Shown here: one piece after another, positions 38,025 through 47,142 of the stretch
Layout: the number at the start of each line of letters is the position of its first letter
Position numbering within the stretch: position 1 is the stretch's first letter
Virus record (IMG/VR): IMGVR_UViG_3300021961_000065
Coordinates: 1 to 64,000 of that record
Origin: a virus
Strand: one strand, 5' to 3'
DNA: 64,000 bases
Notes under the pieces: generated by a model
Database searches by the model: none
Told to the model about the DNA's origin: nothing
What the model saw: only the letters and a program-made list of their open reading frames with translations
Made by a program: the position numbers and the translations under genes

Positions 38025-38181
38025 ATTTCATTTTGAAGTAGAAGAACGACACTTATACAAGTTTGATATAAACGCTAATGATCGTGATCAAGCAATACGA
38101 ATATTTACTGAACATGCTTCACTTTATATGAAAGATGATACTTTAGAAAATATTCATTTAGATTATGAAGTTACTGAATAA
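38017..38181 (+). CDS. Small early protein
   Basis: Start re-called at MSKFHFEV, SD GAGG. Confidence 0.55.
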   Translation: MSKFHFEVEERHLYKFDINANDRDQAIRIFTEHASLYMKDDTLENIHLDYEVTE

Positions 38182-38192
38182 GGAATATAACT

Positions 38193-38378
38193 ATGAAAGT
38201 AACTTGCGATAGATGCAATTTATCAATCAAATATAAAGGGGACTATTTGTTCAATGATGGACAATTTTTTGGAGATAATGGAGACCGAATATTATTTAAA
38301 TTAAATGAAGTTATTTGTTCACATTGTATAGAAGAACTCGCAAGAGTAGGTGATCCACATGTGCGTGTGCAGCCTTAA
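38193..38378 (+). CDS. Zn-finger protein
   Basis: CDRC...CSHC. Confidence 0.6.
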   Translation: MKVTCDRCNLSIKYKGDYLFNDGQFFGDNGDRILFKLNEVICSHCIEELARVGDPHVRVQP

Positions 38379-38560
38379 ATGCTGATGAGCAGCCAGACTT
38401 TAATCCATGTCTTTAAATTTGATTGGTCAATCTCAGCGACTTAAAACTGAAATCTGTCGCAACATGCAGTCGACATTAACTCACTGTCTGAGTGGAAGTA
38501 ATGGCAGTGATTCCCAAAAAAACACATTCTGCCATTTAATTTTTTAGAAGGAGCTTAACT

Positions 38561-39034
38561 ATGGGTTTAGATATGCACTTACTAGGTGAGCGTTATATAT
38601 GGAAACATACTAACGAACCTCAAGAAGATTTACTACGTAACAAAGTAGCACAAGCAACTGGCTTTAAACCTAATCAAGTTCAAGGTATTAAATTAGATCT
38701 TGGTTACTGGAGAAAAGCTAACCACATACATAATTGGTTTGTTGAAAACATACAAAGTGGTGAAGATAACTGTCGTCAATATCATGTTGAAAGATCTGAG
38801 TTAATGGATCTAAAACATATATGTCAACGTATCATGGATCGTGTAGAAAATGGTGATGAATGGAAGTCTTATGCAGAAGAAGTATTACCATGCTGTGATG
38901 GCTTCTTCTTTGGTAGCACAGAGATTGATGACTATTATCTTGAAGCTTGTAAAGAAACCATACGCATTATTGATAACATCATTACTGACCCTGCATTAAC
39001 TGATGTTGATTTGTATTACGCATCATCATGGTAA
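38561..39034 (+). CDS. Conserved phage hypothetical protein
   Basis: MGLDM.L, YWRKANHIHNWF, GFFFGS..D.YY, YYASSW. Confidence 0.75.
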   Translation: MGLDMHLLGERYIWKHTNEPQEDLLRNKVAQATGFKPNQVQGIKLDLGYWRKANHIHNWFVENIQSGEDNCRQYHVERSELMDLKHICQRIMDRVENGDEWKSYAEEVLPCCDGFFFGSTEIDDYYLEACKETIRIIDNIITDPALTDVDLYYASSW

Positions 39035-39162
39035 AGTACATAATATTATTAATGTGTGTATTACATGTATTACAAATACAAGCTAGTGTTGTAATTATAG
39101 AACCTGATGGTGATGTAAAACAATGTTATATAGATTCATCAGGTATTATGATATGTATTTAA
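39028..39162 (+). CDS. Small exported peptide (44 aa)
   Basis: MVKYIILLMCVLHVLQIQA signal-like segment, then SVVIIEPDGDVKQCYIDSSGIMICI. Confidence 0.45.
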   Translation: MVKYIILLMCVLHVLQIQASVVIIEPDGDVKQCYIDSSGIMICI

Positions 39163-39172
39163 GGAGAGATTT

Positions 39173-39346
39173 ATGTCATGTGATCCAAATAAAGAAGCTA
39201 TACTAGAACAGATGTATGAAGAGTGGTATGACTTTTACAAAGAAGAAGGTTTCATAGGTGAGCAGTTATGTATACTTGCAGAAGAAGCTGCTTTAAATCA
39301 ATATCAATCAGGTGATTTTTACCAAGGAGATTATGATGTCGAGTAA
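39173..39346 (+). CDS. Small acidic early protein (57 aa)
   Basis: SD AAGGAG; MSCDPNKEAILEQMYEEW... Confidence 0.6.
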   Translation: MSCDPNKEAILEQMYEEWYDFYKEEGFIGEQLCILAEEAALNQYQSGDFYQGDYDVE

Positions 39347-39530
39347 ATTTGTACGTTGGACTTTACTAGCTCAAACAGAAGATGGATTAGATTACGATGT
39401 GTCGAGCCACGTTCCAGTGGGCCTCGACAATCGTCTTAATGATTTTCTAGATGATCTAGAACAATACTGGGATGAGGAGGATCTTGATCCAATAGAATGG
39501 GAAGGAGAAGATGATGCAAGGAGTAAATAG
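39333..39530 (+). CDS. Small acidic early protein
   Basis: SD AAGGAG before MMSSKFVRW. Confidence 0.55.
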   Translation: MMSSKFVRWTLLAQTEDGLDYDVSSHVPVGLDNRLNDFLDDLEQYWDEEDLDPIEWEGEDDARSK

Positions 39531-40407
39531 TAAAAACATAGCTAAGATTATTACTGATCGAATCTTAGAAGAACTTAAGAAAGATCCAGGTCAATGGATT
39601 AAATCTTGGTCTGCTGCTAATCGTCCAGTTAATTTAGTAACAGGTCGTGAATACACAGGCTGTAATTGGCTATGGTTATCTATGATGCAAGGTCACGAAG
39701 GTAACGATACTAATGAATGGTGTACTTATAACCAAGCTAAAGAATTAACAGGTCTTGACTATCCAATTAAGAAAGGTAGTAAAGGGCAACCAGTTATTCT
39801 TTACAAACCACAAAAGATTGCAACACTTGATAAAAAACAAAACAAAATGAAAGACAAAGTTGTTCCTTTAATGCGAGTGTTTCAGGTATTTAATCGTAGT
39901 CATATCATTGATTTACCACCACGAGAAATACCAAATGAAGAAGAAAACAAACTAGAAAAAGTAGAAGTGTTTGTTAATCATCACAAGTTAAACTTAAAGA
40001 ATGGTTTTGATCACGCTTGTTTTATACCAAGTAAAGATGAAATTCACATGCCATACATTACAAACTTTAAGTCAACAGAAGATTACTATGCTACGCTTCT
40101 ACATGAAATGACACACTGGACTGGTCATGAGAAACGACTTGATCGTAAACTTAAAACTAGTTATGGTACAGAAGCTTATGCTTTTGAAGAATTAGTTGCA
40201 GAGTTAGGTGCAGCTATGTTATGTAATCATCTTAATATTCAAGGTAAACTACAACACACAGAGTATATTGCTAGTTGGCTAAAGGTATTACAGAATGATG
40301 AAAAGGCTGTGTTACGTGCATCAGCACAAGCACAAAAAGCATTTGATTATATTGTAGGAGTTACTAATGACAAAACAACAGCAAACGTGGTTAATGCACC
40401 TGCTTGA
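39511..40407 (+). CDS. ardC: ArdC-like antirestriction protein (ssDNA-binding plus zincin-like domain)
   Basis: P.N..TGR.Y.G.N, WCTYNQA, HEMTHWTGH..RLDR, YAFEELVAELGA, YIASWL. Confidence 0.85.
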   Translation: MMQGVNSKNIAKIITDRILEELKKDPGQWIKSWSAANRPVNLVTGREYTGCNWLWLSMMQGHEGNDTNEWCTYNQAKELTGLDYPIKKGSKGQPVILYKPQKIATLDKKQNKMKDKVVPLMRVFQVFNRSHIIDLPPREIPNEEENKLEKVEVFVNHHKLNLKNGFDHACFIPSKDEIHMPYITNFKSTEDYYATLLHEMTHWTGHEKRLDRKLKTSYGTEAYAFEELVAELGAAMLCNHLNIQGKLQHTEYIASWLKVLQNDEKAVLRASAQAQKAFDYIVGVTNDKTTANVVNAPA

Positions 40408-40555
40408 TTTTGAACAACAACGAATGTCATTTTCAGGCAGGTTATATTTAATTAAATTAGCTGAATCTATGGATATAGATGTACAAACAGATGTTGAAGA
40501 TTTGTATGCAGAATATCCTGAACAATTTATGCAAATTACTGGAGGTATGCTATGA
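40367..40555 (+). CDS. Small early protein
   Basis: SD AGGAG. Confidence 0.55.
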   Translation: MTKQQQTWLMHLLDFEQQRMSFSGRLYLIKLAESMDIDVQTDVEDLYAEYPEQFMQITGGML

Positions 40556-40734
40556 ATAGACAGATCAGAGAACATCGAGTAAAAGAAGCATTAGCATCAT
40601 TAGAGATAGAAGGATTAAAGATTAGTGATTATTGTCAATCACAAATCAAGGAATACATCGAGGGGCGCATGACACACAAGATGTTATTACAGATGCTAGA
40701 TGAATGGTATTTAACGGAGGTCGTTAAACGTTAA
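40552..40734 (+). CDS. VbhA-like (Fic) antitoxin
   Basis: VKEALASLEIEGL.IS...YIEG.MT; (S/T)xxxE(G/N) motif SLEIEG. Confidence 0.65.
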   Translation: MNRQIREHRVKEALASLEIEGLKISDYCQSQIKEYIEGRMTHKMLLQMLDEWYLTEVVKR

Positions 40735-40751
40735 ACATTAAGGAGAAATTT

Positions 40752-40910
40752 ATGAAAACTGTGTGGGCTATCTTTACTGATGAAGATAGATTAGATAGTA
40801 TATGGGCTAATAGAACTAGTGCTGATGCCTATGTTAAACAAGAAGAAAAGAAAGATCCTGGAGTTGAGTTATATCCTTGGGAACTTCCATTAAACAACTG
40901 GAGTAAATAA
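40752..40910 (+). CDS. Small early protein (52 aa)
   Basis: SD AAGGAG; MKTVWAIF... Confidence 0.55.
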   Translation: MKTVWAIFTDEDRLDSIWANRTSADAYVKQEEKKDPGVELYPWELPLNNWSK

Positions 40911-40912
40911 TT

Positions 40913-41053
40913 ATGACATTTGCAACTGATTTACTAGATGAGTTTTGTATAGAAGCAGGATTTGTAGACTGGGAAATTGTTAGATTGTCTGATGAATCCC
41001 CTTACTATGGAGACTATGTTGTTAGATTTATAGAAGGACCTATTGACAACTAA
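40913..41053 (+). CDS. Small early protein (46 aa)
   Basis: SD GGAG; MTFATDLLDEF... Confidence 0.5.
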   Translation: MTFATDLLDEFCIEAGFVDWEIVRLSDESPYYGDYVVRFIEGPIDN

Positions 41054-41071
41054 AAGATTTTCTGTTAGAAT
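41043..41071 (+). promoter_or_regulatory. Sigma70 promoter upstream of the replication genes
   Basis: TTGACA-N17-TAGAAT with TGn extension. Confidence 0.7.
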
Positions 41072-41086
41072 GGAATTTTATTTCAT

Positions 41087-41290
41087 ATGAAAGCAGTTCC
41101 TATGAGATGTCTAGCTTGCAATAAAGAGCTCTCAGACTTCGAAGCTACAAGAAAATCTACTCAAACAGGTGAATATATAGACTTATGTAATACGTGTTAT
41201 CGTACTATTAAAGATGTAATATTGCCTCAAGAACGTGAAGACTTACGAGATGTAATAGAAGATGATGATGAAGAAAATGGGGAGTACTAA
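41087..41290 (+). CDS. Zn-finger protein
   Basis: RCLACN.ELSDFEATRK....YIDLCNTC. Confidence 0.65.
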   Translation: MKAVPMRCLACNKELSDFEATRKSTQTGEYIDLCNTCYRTIKDVILPQEREDLRDVIEDDDEENGEY

Positions 41291-41300
41291 ACTCCCCTTT
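41273..41300. terminator. Bidirectional terminator between Zn-finger gene and pqqA
   Basis: GGGGAGT/ACTCCCC stem with T runs on both strands. Confidence 0.7.
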
Positions 41301-41304
41301 GATA

Positions 41305-41376
41305 TTACTTGTTACATACGTACATAGTAACTTCAAAACCAAATCTCATTTCTGTTGCTGATGGTTTAGTCCACAT
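41305..41376 (-). CDS. pqqA: Pyrroloquinoline quinone precursor peptide PqqA (23 aa)
   Basis: MWTKPSATEMRFGFEVTMYVCNK with W..P..R.GFEVTMY and the ExxxY core; SD GGAG 7 nt upstream. Confidence 0.92.
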   Translation of the reverse strand: MWTKPSATEMRFGFEVTMYVCNK

Positions 41377-41425
41377 AATGTTTCTCCATTTAGTTGATTA
41401 ATATACTTTTTTAGTATATAATAAT

Positions 41426-41431
41426 ATTATA
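41426..41431 (-). promoter_or_regulatory. Putative -10 box of pqqA
   Basis: TATAAT about 50 nt upstream of the ATG; -35 weak. Confidence 0.4.
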
Positions 41432-41487
41432 CTATAAATACGATATAGTGTAATCAGTACGATCTTGATAAGGAGCTAAGTTAAATC

Positions 41488-42186
41488 ATGAGTGCTTTTT
41501 TACAGCATTTACCCTGTCCTAATTGTGGTAGTAAAGACAATCTAGGTGAGTATGAAGATCATTTCTTCTGCTTTGGATGTCGTTATCACAAACATAAATC
41601 AGACACAAAATCATTAAGAAAACGAATAACTGTTAAACAAGAAACAGTGTATACTCCTGTCCAGGACATGGAGTTAACAGATGAACTACCTTCTGTTGCA
41701 AAACAATGGCTATTGAAGTATGGCATTACAATGGAAGATGCTAAAGAATATAATTTACAATGGAATCCTAATATGAATATGCTAATGTTATTAAAAACAA
41801 AATACTATTGGCAAGCAAGATTATTTGATAAAGCTAAACCAAAGTATTTATCTAAAGGAAAGAAACCTGTACAAATATATGGATATGGTACAGAACGAGT
41901 TACACTATGTGAAGACATAATTTCTGCTATCAAGTTAGCTCGAGTCTCTCCTGAGATGTGTGCTTCTCCTCTTCTAGGAAGCACAATCTCTTTCGAGGCC
42001 CTTCGCTTTTATAAGAAAAAATATAACAGAATCACAATATGGCTTGATCGAGATAAAGCTAAAGAAGCAATAAAGATAAGTAAATTGTTTCAACAATATG
42101 GAACTAAGAGTGATGTTATTATTACTCCTCTTGATCCAAAAGAATACAATAGAACGGAGCTTAGAGAATGGTTGAATTACAGATAA
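41488..42186 (+). CDS. DNA primase (Zn ribbon plus TOPRIM)
   Basis: CPNCGSKD..CFGC, LCEDIISA, WLDRD, DPKEY. Confidence 0.85.
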   Translation: MSAFLQHLPCPNCGSKDNLGEYEDHFFCFGCRYHKHKSDTKSLRKRITVKQETVYTPVQDMELTDELPSVAKQWLLKYGITMEDAKEYNLQWNPNMNMLMLLKTKYYWQARLFDKAKPKYLSKGKKPVQIYGYGTERVTLCEDIISAIKLARVSPEMCASPLLGSTISFEALRFYKKKYNRITIWLDRDKAKEAIKISKLFQQYGTKSDVIITPLDPKEYNRTELREWLNYR

Positions 42187-43415
42187 TAAGATTATTCTGT
42201 GTAAATAAAGATGAGTATAGTCGTTACTATAAATACGTTGATACGACTTACATGAAAAACAATTATCCTTTGTTACATAAATTGTTTCAAATGGTATTTA
42301 GTTTCTATGATAAATATGATAAAGATAACATTACACCTAATGAACTCTTTACAATGTATCAAGCTAACTATATTACAGATGAATCAGAACAAAAAGAAAT
42401 AAAAGAACTTATTGATACCATCTTTGATTCTGAAGAAAACACAGCTATACGAGATTTATTACAGACACATAAAAGACGTGCTCTTGCAGGTAACCTTGCT
42501 AAAGTAGCTTTAGATGTAGAAGAAGGTAAAGTAGAAGCTGAAAAACTACAGGAACTTTTTAGTGACTTTGAATTACAAGCAGTAAATGAACAAGAAATTA
42601 ATGGCTGCACAGATGATTTATCAGACTTATTACATCAACAATTTGATGAAGTGGGGCTTCGTTGGAGACTTAACTTCTTAAATAAATCATTAGGTAGTCT
42701 ACGTCAAGGAGACTTTGGCTTTATCTTTGCTAGACCTGAAACAGGTAAAACTACTTTCTTAGCTTCAGAAGTATCTAATATGATAAAATATACAGACAAA
42801 GAAATACATTGGTTTCATAACGAAGAGGGTGCACGTAAAGTGCAAACTCGAGTCTATCAAGCAGTGCTTGGAGTTACAACACAACAACTAAAGAAACACG
42901 AAGAACGTTGTAAACAAAAGTATTATGAAGAAACATATAAAGATGGACAGAAAAGAATCTTTATACATGATGTTAATGAATCTTCACACATCAAAGTAAT
43001 TGAAGGAATCTTAAAACAAAAGAACCCCGGGCTTATAATACTTGATCAAATTGATAAGATAAAAGGATTTAAAGCAGATCGTAATGATCTTGAATTAAAA
43101 GTATTATATCAATGGGCTAGGGAACTTTGTAAAAAGTATGCTCCAGTTATTGCCGTCTCCCAAGCTAGTGGTGAGGCAGAGGGTGTACCATTTCTAACAA
43201 TGGATATGGTAGACTCATCCAAGACAGCCAAACAAGGAGAGGCTGATTGGATTCTAGGTATAGGTAAGGATAAAGATAATACCTCTCGTATAAGGTATCT
43301 AAATATCACTAAAAATAAGCTCCTTGGTGATAGCGATTCCTTACCTGCACTTAGACATGGTAGTGCTAGAGTACTAATTAAACCTGAGGTAGCTCAATAT
43401 GAAGACATCGTTTAG
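42168..43415 (+). CDS. DnaB-like replicative helicase
   Basis: ARPETGKTT, HNEE, IILDQ, VSQA, EADWILG, KNKL. Confidence 0.9.
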   Translation: MVELQIIRLFCVNKDEYSRYYKYVDTTYMKNNYPLLHKLFQMVFSFYDKYDKDNITPNELFTMYQANYITDESEQKEIKELIDTIFDSEENTAIRDLLQTHKRRALAGNLAKVALDVEEGKVEAEKLQELFSDFELQAVNEQEINGCTDDLSDLLHQQFDEVGLRWRLNFLNKSLGSLRQGDFGFIFARPETGKTTFLASEVSNMIKYTDKEIHWFHNEEGARKVQTRVYQAVLGVTTQQLKKHEERCKQKYYEETYKDGQKRIFIHDVNESSHIKVIEGILKQKNPGLIILDQIDKIKGFKADRNDLELKVLYQWARELCKKYAPVIAVSQASGEAEGVPFLTMDMVDSSKTAKQGEADWILGIGKDKDNTSRIRYLNITKNKLLGDSDSLPALRHGSARVLIKPEVAQYEDIV

Positions 43416-43560
43416 TAAAAGAGAATGTAATATTTGTGGTGAGCCTGCTCTTATATGGTATAAAAACAAATGGTGGTGTGCTTTTTGTACAAGTATGGGT
43501 GAATTTAATATGAAAGGATATTGTAAACATGAGAAGACTGATGATAACGATCCATCGTGA
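43399..43560 (+). CDS. Small Cys-rich protein (53 aa)
   Basis: SD GAGG; CNIC...WWCAFC. Confidence 0.5.
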   Translation: MKTSFSKRECNICGEPALIWYKNKWWCAFCTSMGEFNMKGYCKHEKTDDNDPS

Positions 43561-43789
43561 TTATGATGCAACAAATGATATAACTAATCCTACTATGAAA
43601 AAGATATATTCATATATGCAAAGAGGTAAAACATATACTCGTAAAGATATAGCAAAAGACCTGTCCCTACCTGTTCCTACAGTGACAGCTAGGGTTTCAG
43701 ATCTTCTGATGAAACATTATATAACAGAGACCCCTACTGTATGGGATGAAAAATCTAAAAGATATATAGGAGGCTTCCAAAGATTATGA
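43529..43789 (+). CDS. Winged HTH DNA-binding protein
   Basis: TRKDIAKDLSLPVPTVTARVSDL. Confidence 0.7.
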   Translation: MRRLMITIHRDYDATNDITNPTMKKIYSYMQRGKTYTRKDIAKDLSLPVPTVTARVSDLLMKHYITETPTVWDEKSKRYIGGFQRL

Positions 43790-44940
43790 ATGTATTAACA
43801 ATAGATGTAGAAACTACCATATCAAATAAAGGTAATCCTTTTGATACAACTAATAAATTAGTATATGTAGGATGTAAAGATAACGAGCAACCTACTAAAG
43901 TATTTAGTATTGAATACAATCAAGAACCTTATAAAGATAAACTTAATAAGATTCAAGCTATGATAAATGATGTTGATTGGTTAGTAGGTTTTAATATTAA
44001 ATTTGATTTATCTTGGTTAAAAAGATATGGAATTAAATTTGATCACAAAAGAATATGGGATTGTCAGTTAGCTCACTTTATTATGACAGGACAAGAAAAA
44101 CCATATCCTAGTTTAAATGGAGTCTGTGAACATCACGGACTTGAACAAAAGATAGATATTATTAAAGAGCAGTATTGGTCTAATGGCATTGACACTCCAA
44201 ATATACCAGAAGAATTATTACAAGACTATCTTAAAAAAGATGTAGACTTAACAAGAGAAGTTTATAAAAAACAAATGTATGTATTATATAAAGATACTAA
44301 TCAAGCTAATCTTATACAATTACATTTTAGAGATTTAGCAGTGCTTCAAGAAATGGAATACAATGGGATGTTATATGATCAACAAAGGAGTAAAATACTT
44401 GGTGATGAATTGGATGAACAAATTGGGAAACTGGATAGACGACTGTACGATTTACATGGATTGGATTCTTTTAACCCTTCTAGCGTGGATCACCTTAATG
44501 CTTTCCTTTATGGTGGGAGGCTTAGCTTCCGTCGTAAAGTACCTGATGGTGTTTACAAGACGGGGGCTCGTAAAGGTGAACCAAAGGAAAAATGGGAAAC
44601 GTATGAAGTAGAATTACCACAACGTTGTAAACCTATTGCAGGATCTGAACTAAAAAAAGATGGATTATATTCAGTAGATGATAGTACAATTAAAAGATTA
44701 AAAGGAGCAAAAGATATTCGTGATTTAATACTAACAAGAGCTACATTACAGAAACGACTTACAGCATACTATAGAGGCTTAGATGAACTTATCACAGAAA
44801 ATAATTGGAAACAAAACAAACTACATGGAGTCCTCAACCAATGTGTTGCTAGAACAGGACGACTCTCAAGTAGTAAACCCAACTTACAAAACTTTGATTC
44901 AGAAATTAAAGGCTTGCTTTACAGTAGATATGAGTCATAG
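43786..44940 (+). CDS. DNA polymerase A, N-terminal half, copy B
   Basis: ExoI IDVET, ExoII GFNIKFDL, ExoIII YLKKDV, ARTGRLSSSKPNLQN. Confidence 0.9.
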   Translation: MNVLTIDVETTISNKGNPFDTTNKLVYVGCKDNEQPTKVFSIEYNQEPYKDKLNKIQAMINDVDWLVGFNIKFDLSWLKRYGIKFDHKRIWDCQLAHFIMTGQEKPYPSLNGVCEHHGLEQKIDIIKEQYWSNGIDTPNIPEELLQDYLKKDVDLTREVYKKQMYVLYKDTNQANLIQLHFRDLAVLQEMEYNGMLYDQQRSKILGDELDEQIGKLDRRLYDLHGLDSFNPSSVDHLNAFLYGGRLSFRRKVPDGVYKTGARKGEPKEKWETYEVELPQRCKPIAGSELKKDGLYSVDDSTIKRLKGAKDIRDLILTRATLQKRLTAYYRGLDELITENNWKQNKLHGVLNQCVARTGRLSSSKPNLQNFDSEIKGLLYSRYES

Positions 44941-45187
44941 TAAAAAAGTAACAGTAGCTATTACAGGCATTGATGATTATTTTCGTAATAATTGTCCTCG
45001 CTCTGAAAGATTAAAAGATCTTTATGAACATATAGAACGCAAAGGATTAAATGTAGCCTGGGCAGAATATGTATCTAAAGATATAGAAGATCTTATTATG
45101 ATAGAAGGACCTGAATTTTTACTTAAACATATGTCTGTTAGTGCTAAAGATAAACTAATAAAGTACATGAAAAAGAGGTATCTTTAA
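44930..45187 (+). CDS. Small protein between the polymerase halves, copy B (85 aa)
   Basis: Start re-called at MSHSKK; homologous to 934-1128. Confidence 0.7.
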   Translation: MSHSKKVTVAITGIDDYFRNNCPRSERLKDLYEHIERKGLNVAWAEYVSKDIEDLIMIEGPEFLLKHMSVSAKDKLIKYMKKRYL

Positions 45188-45912
45188 TGTTATTACAAGC
45201 AGATGCAAAACAACTAGAGTGGGTAGGTGCTGCTTATTTATCTCAAGATCCTGTAGCTATTAATGAAATATGGGGATCAGTAGATATGCACAGTGATAAT
45301 CAAAAACGATTTGGTCTACCTAGTAGATTGATTGCTAAGACTTTCGTGTTTAGATTAATCTATGGAGGCAGTGCTTATAGTTATGCACATGATCCTAACT
45401 TTATGTCAATAGGTAGTGAAAAGTATTGGCAAACTATTATAGATAACTTTTATGATAAATATAAAAGATTAGGTGAATGGCATAAAGAAATCTATGAAGA
45501 AGCAGTTCGTGAACGTAGATTAGTAATGCCAACAAATAGAGTCTATAACTTTGAATCTGAAGTTAAAGGCAATAAAGTATATTATCCACGTACTAAGATA
45601 TTAAACTATCCTGTACAAGGATTAGGCGCAGATCTTATGGCGATTGCTCGTGTGTCGTTAATGACTAAACTACGTGAGATGAAAGACATAGTTATGGTTA
45701 ATACAGTACATGATTCAATAATACTTGATTTTAATTCAAAAGTATGGGATAATATACATATAGTCAATTTAGTTGACAAATGTTTCAATGAAGTTCCAGA
45801 TAACTTTCACAAATTATTTGGGAAAGAGTTTAACTTACCTATGAGAGTCGAGTGTCAAGTAGGACCCACATGGGGATCAATGGAGATAATAAATGCAGAT
45901 AAACGTAATTGA
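45187..45912 (+). CDS. DNA polymerase A, C-terminal half, copy B
   Basis: Motifs A/B/C as in 1142-1867. Confidence 0.92.
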   Translation: MLLQADAKQLEWVGAAYLSQDPVAINEIWGSVDMHSDNQKRFGLPSRLIAKTFVFRLIYGGSAYSYAHDPNFMSIGSEKYWQTIIDNFYDKYKRLGEWHKEIYEEAVRERRLVMPTNRVYNFESEVKGNKVYYPRTKILNYPVQGLGADLMAIARVSLMTKLREMKDIVMVNTVHDSIILDFNSKVWDNIHIVNLVDKCFNEVPDNFHKLFGKEFNLPMRVECQVGPTWGSMEIINADKRN

Positions 45913-46429
45913 TGTAGGACAACCAACCACTCATGCTAGTGCTAATGGTAGATCATATGAAATGATTGAAGTTGCATACAAGAATGAGAACGGGCAAATT
46001 CAACAAAAGAAGTTAATGTCATTCAAAAACCCTGACGTTTACAAACAAGCTTTAACATGGGAGAAAGGTGCAACAGTCCATATACAAGCTGAGAAAAACG
46101 AAAAAGGTTATTGGGAATGGATTGGCTTAGGAGATGTACCAGTAGCTAGTGCATCACCATCATCACAACCTAGTAAATCTAATAGCAATACTAGAGTTAC
46201 TGGTTCTAACTATGAAACCAAAGAAGAACGTGCAGCACGACAAGTAATGATTGTTCGGCAGTCATCTATCTCTTCAGCAGTCAGTGCTTTAACAGCAAGT
46301 AATAATGTTCCTTCAAGCAACGACATTCTATCTCTTGCAAAAGAGTTTGAAGATTATGTTATGGGTAATACTACTGTTAACAAAGCTGATGGTGGAATAG
46401 ATAACTTTGAGGATGATGTTCCTTTTTAG
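45893..46429 (+). CDS. Putative SSB, copy B
   Basis: Ends EDDVPF. Confidence 0.6.
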   Translation: MQINVIDVGQPTTHASANGRSYEMIEVAYKNENGQIQQKKLMSFKNPDVYKQALTWEKGATVHIQAEKNEKGYWEWIGLGDVPVASASPSSQPSKSNSNTRVTGSNYETKEERAARQVMIVRQSSISSAVSALTASNNVPSSNDILSLAKEFEDYVMGNTTVNKADGGIDNFEDDVPF

Positions 46430-46446
46430 GGACATCTTCTTTCATT

Positions 46447-47142
46447 ATGTTAGCTCTAATTGATATGGATATAGTATGCTATCGTTGTGCTGCTTCAGCA
46501 GAAAACAATGATCTAGGAATAGCTATATACAGACAGAATGAATTACTTGATCAGATATTAGAGATGACAGGAGCTACAGCATATAAAGCTTACCTATCAG
46601 GTCAAAAGAACTTTCGTAAACAAATCTACCCAGAATATAAAGCTAATAGAAAGCAACCTAAACCTATACATCTGGATAACTGTAGAGACTATGCGATGCA
46701 GGAACAAAATGCAGAACTCGCACCTATAGGATTAGAAGCAGATGATGCTCTAGGAATAAATCAGACTAAAGACACAGTAATTTGTAGTTTAGATAAGGAT
46801 CTATTACAGATCCCTGGACAACATTACTCATGGGAAATTAGTGGTAAAGGATGGAAAAAACCACACATATTCAGAGAAATTACTGAAATAGAAGGACTTA
46901 AACTATTCTATGAACAATGCCTTAAAGGAGATCGAACAGACAATATACGAGGCATAGAAAAGATTGGAGATAAAAAAGCAAACTTAATATTAAAACCATA
47001 CACAACAGAACTAGAAATGTTTAATGTAGTCAGAGATATGTATGGTAATGATGAAGAGTTTTTAATGAACGCTAATTGTTTATGGATATTACGAGATGAA
47101 AACGAAACGTTTACAGAACGCTTTGCCAAACTTCAAAAGTAA
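46447..47142 (+). CDS. 5'-3' exonuclease, copy B
   Basis: Same motifs as 2369-3067. Confidence 0.9.
   Translation: MLALIDMDIVCYRCAASAENNDLGIAIYRQNELLDQILEMTGATAYKAYLSGQKNFRKQIYPEYKANRKQPKPIHLDNCRDYAMQEQNAELAPIGLEADDALGINQTKDTVICSLDKDLLQIPGQHYSWEISGKGWKKPHIFREITEIEGLKLFYEQCLKGDRTDNIRGIEKIGDKKANLILKPYTTELEMFNVVRDMYGNDEEFLMNANCLWILRDENETFTERFAKLQK

Noticed and set aside
38383-38455. CTGATGAG...GAAA hammerhead ribozyme, or a tRNA with a TTA anticodon
   Set aside because: Stem II and the anticodon stem do not pair; no T-loop
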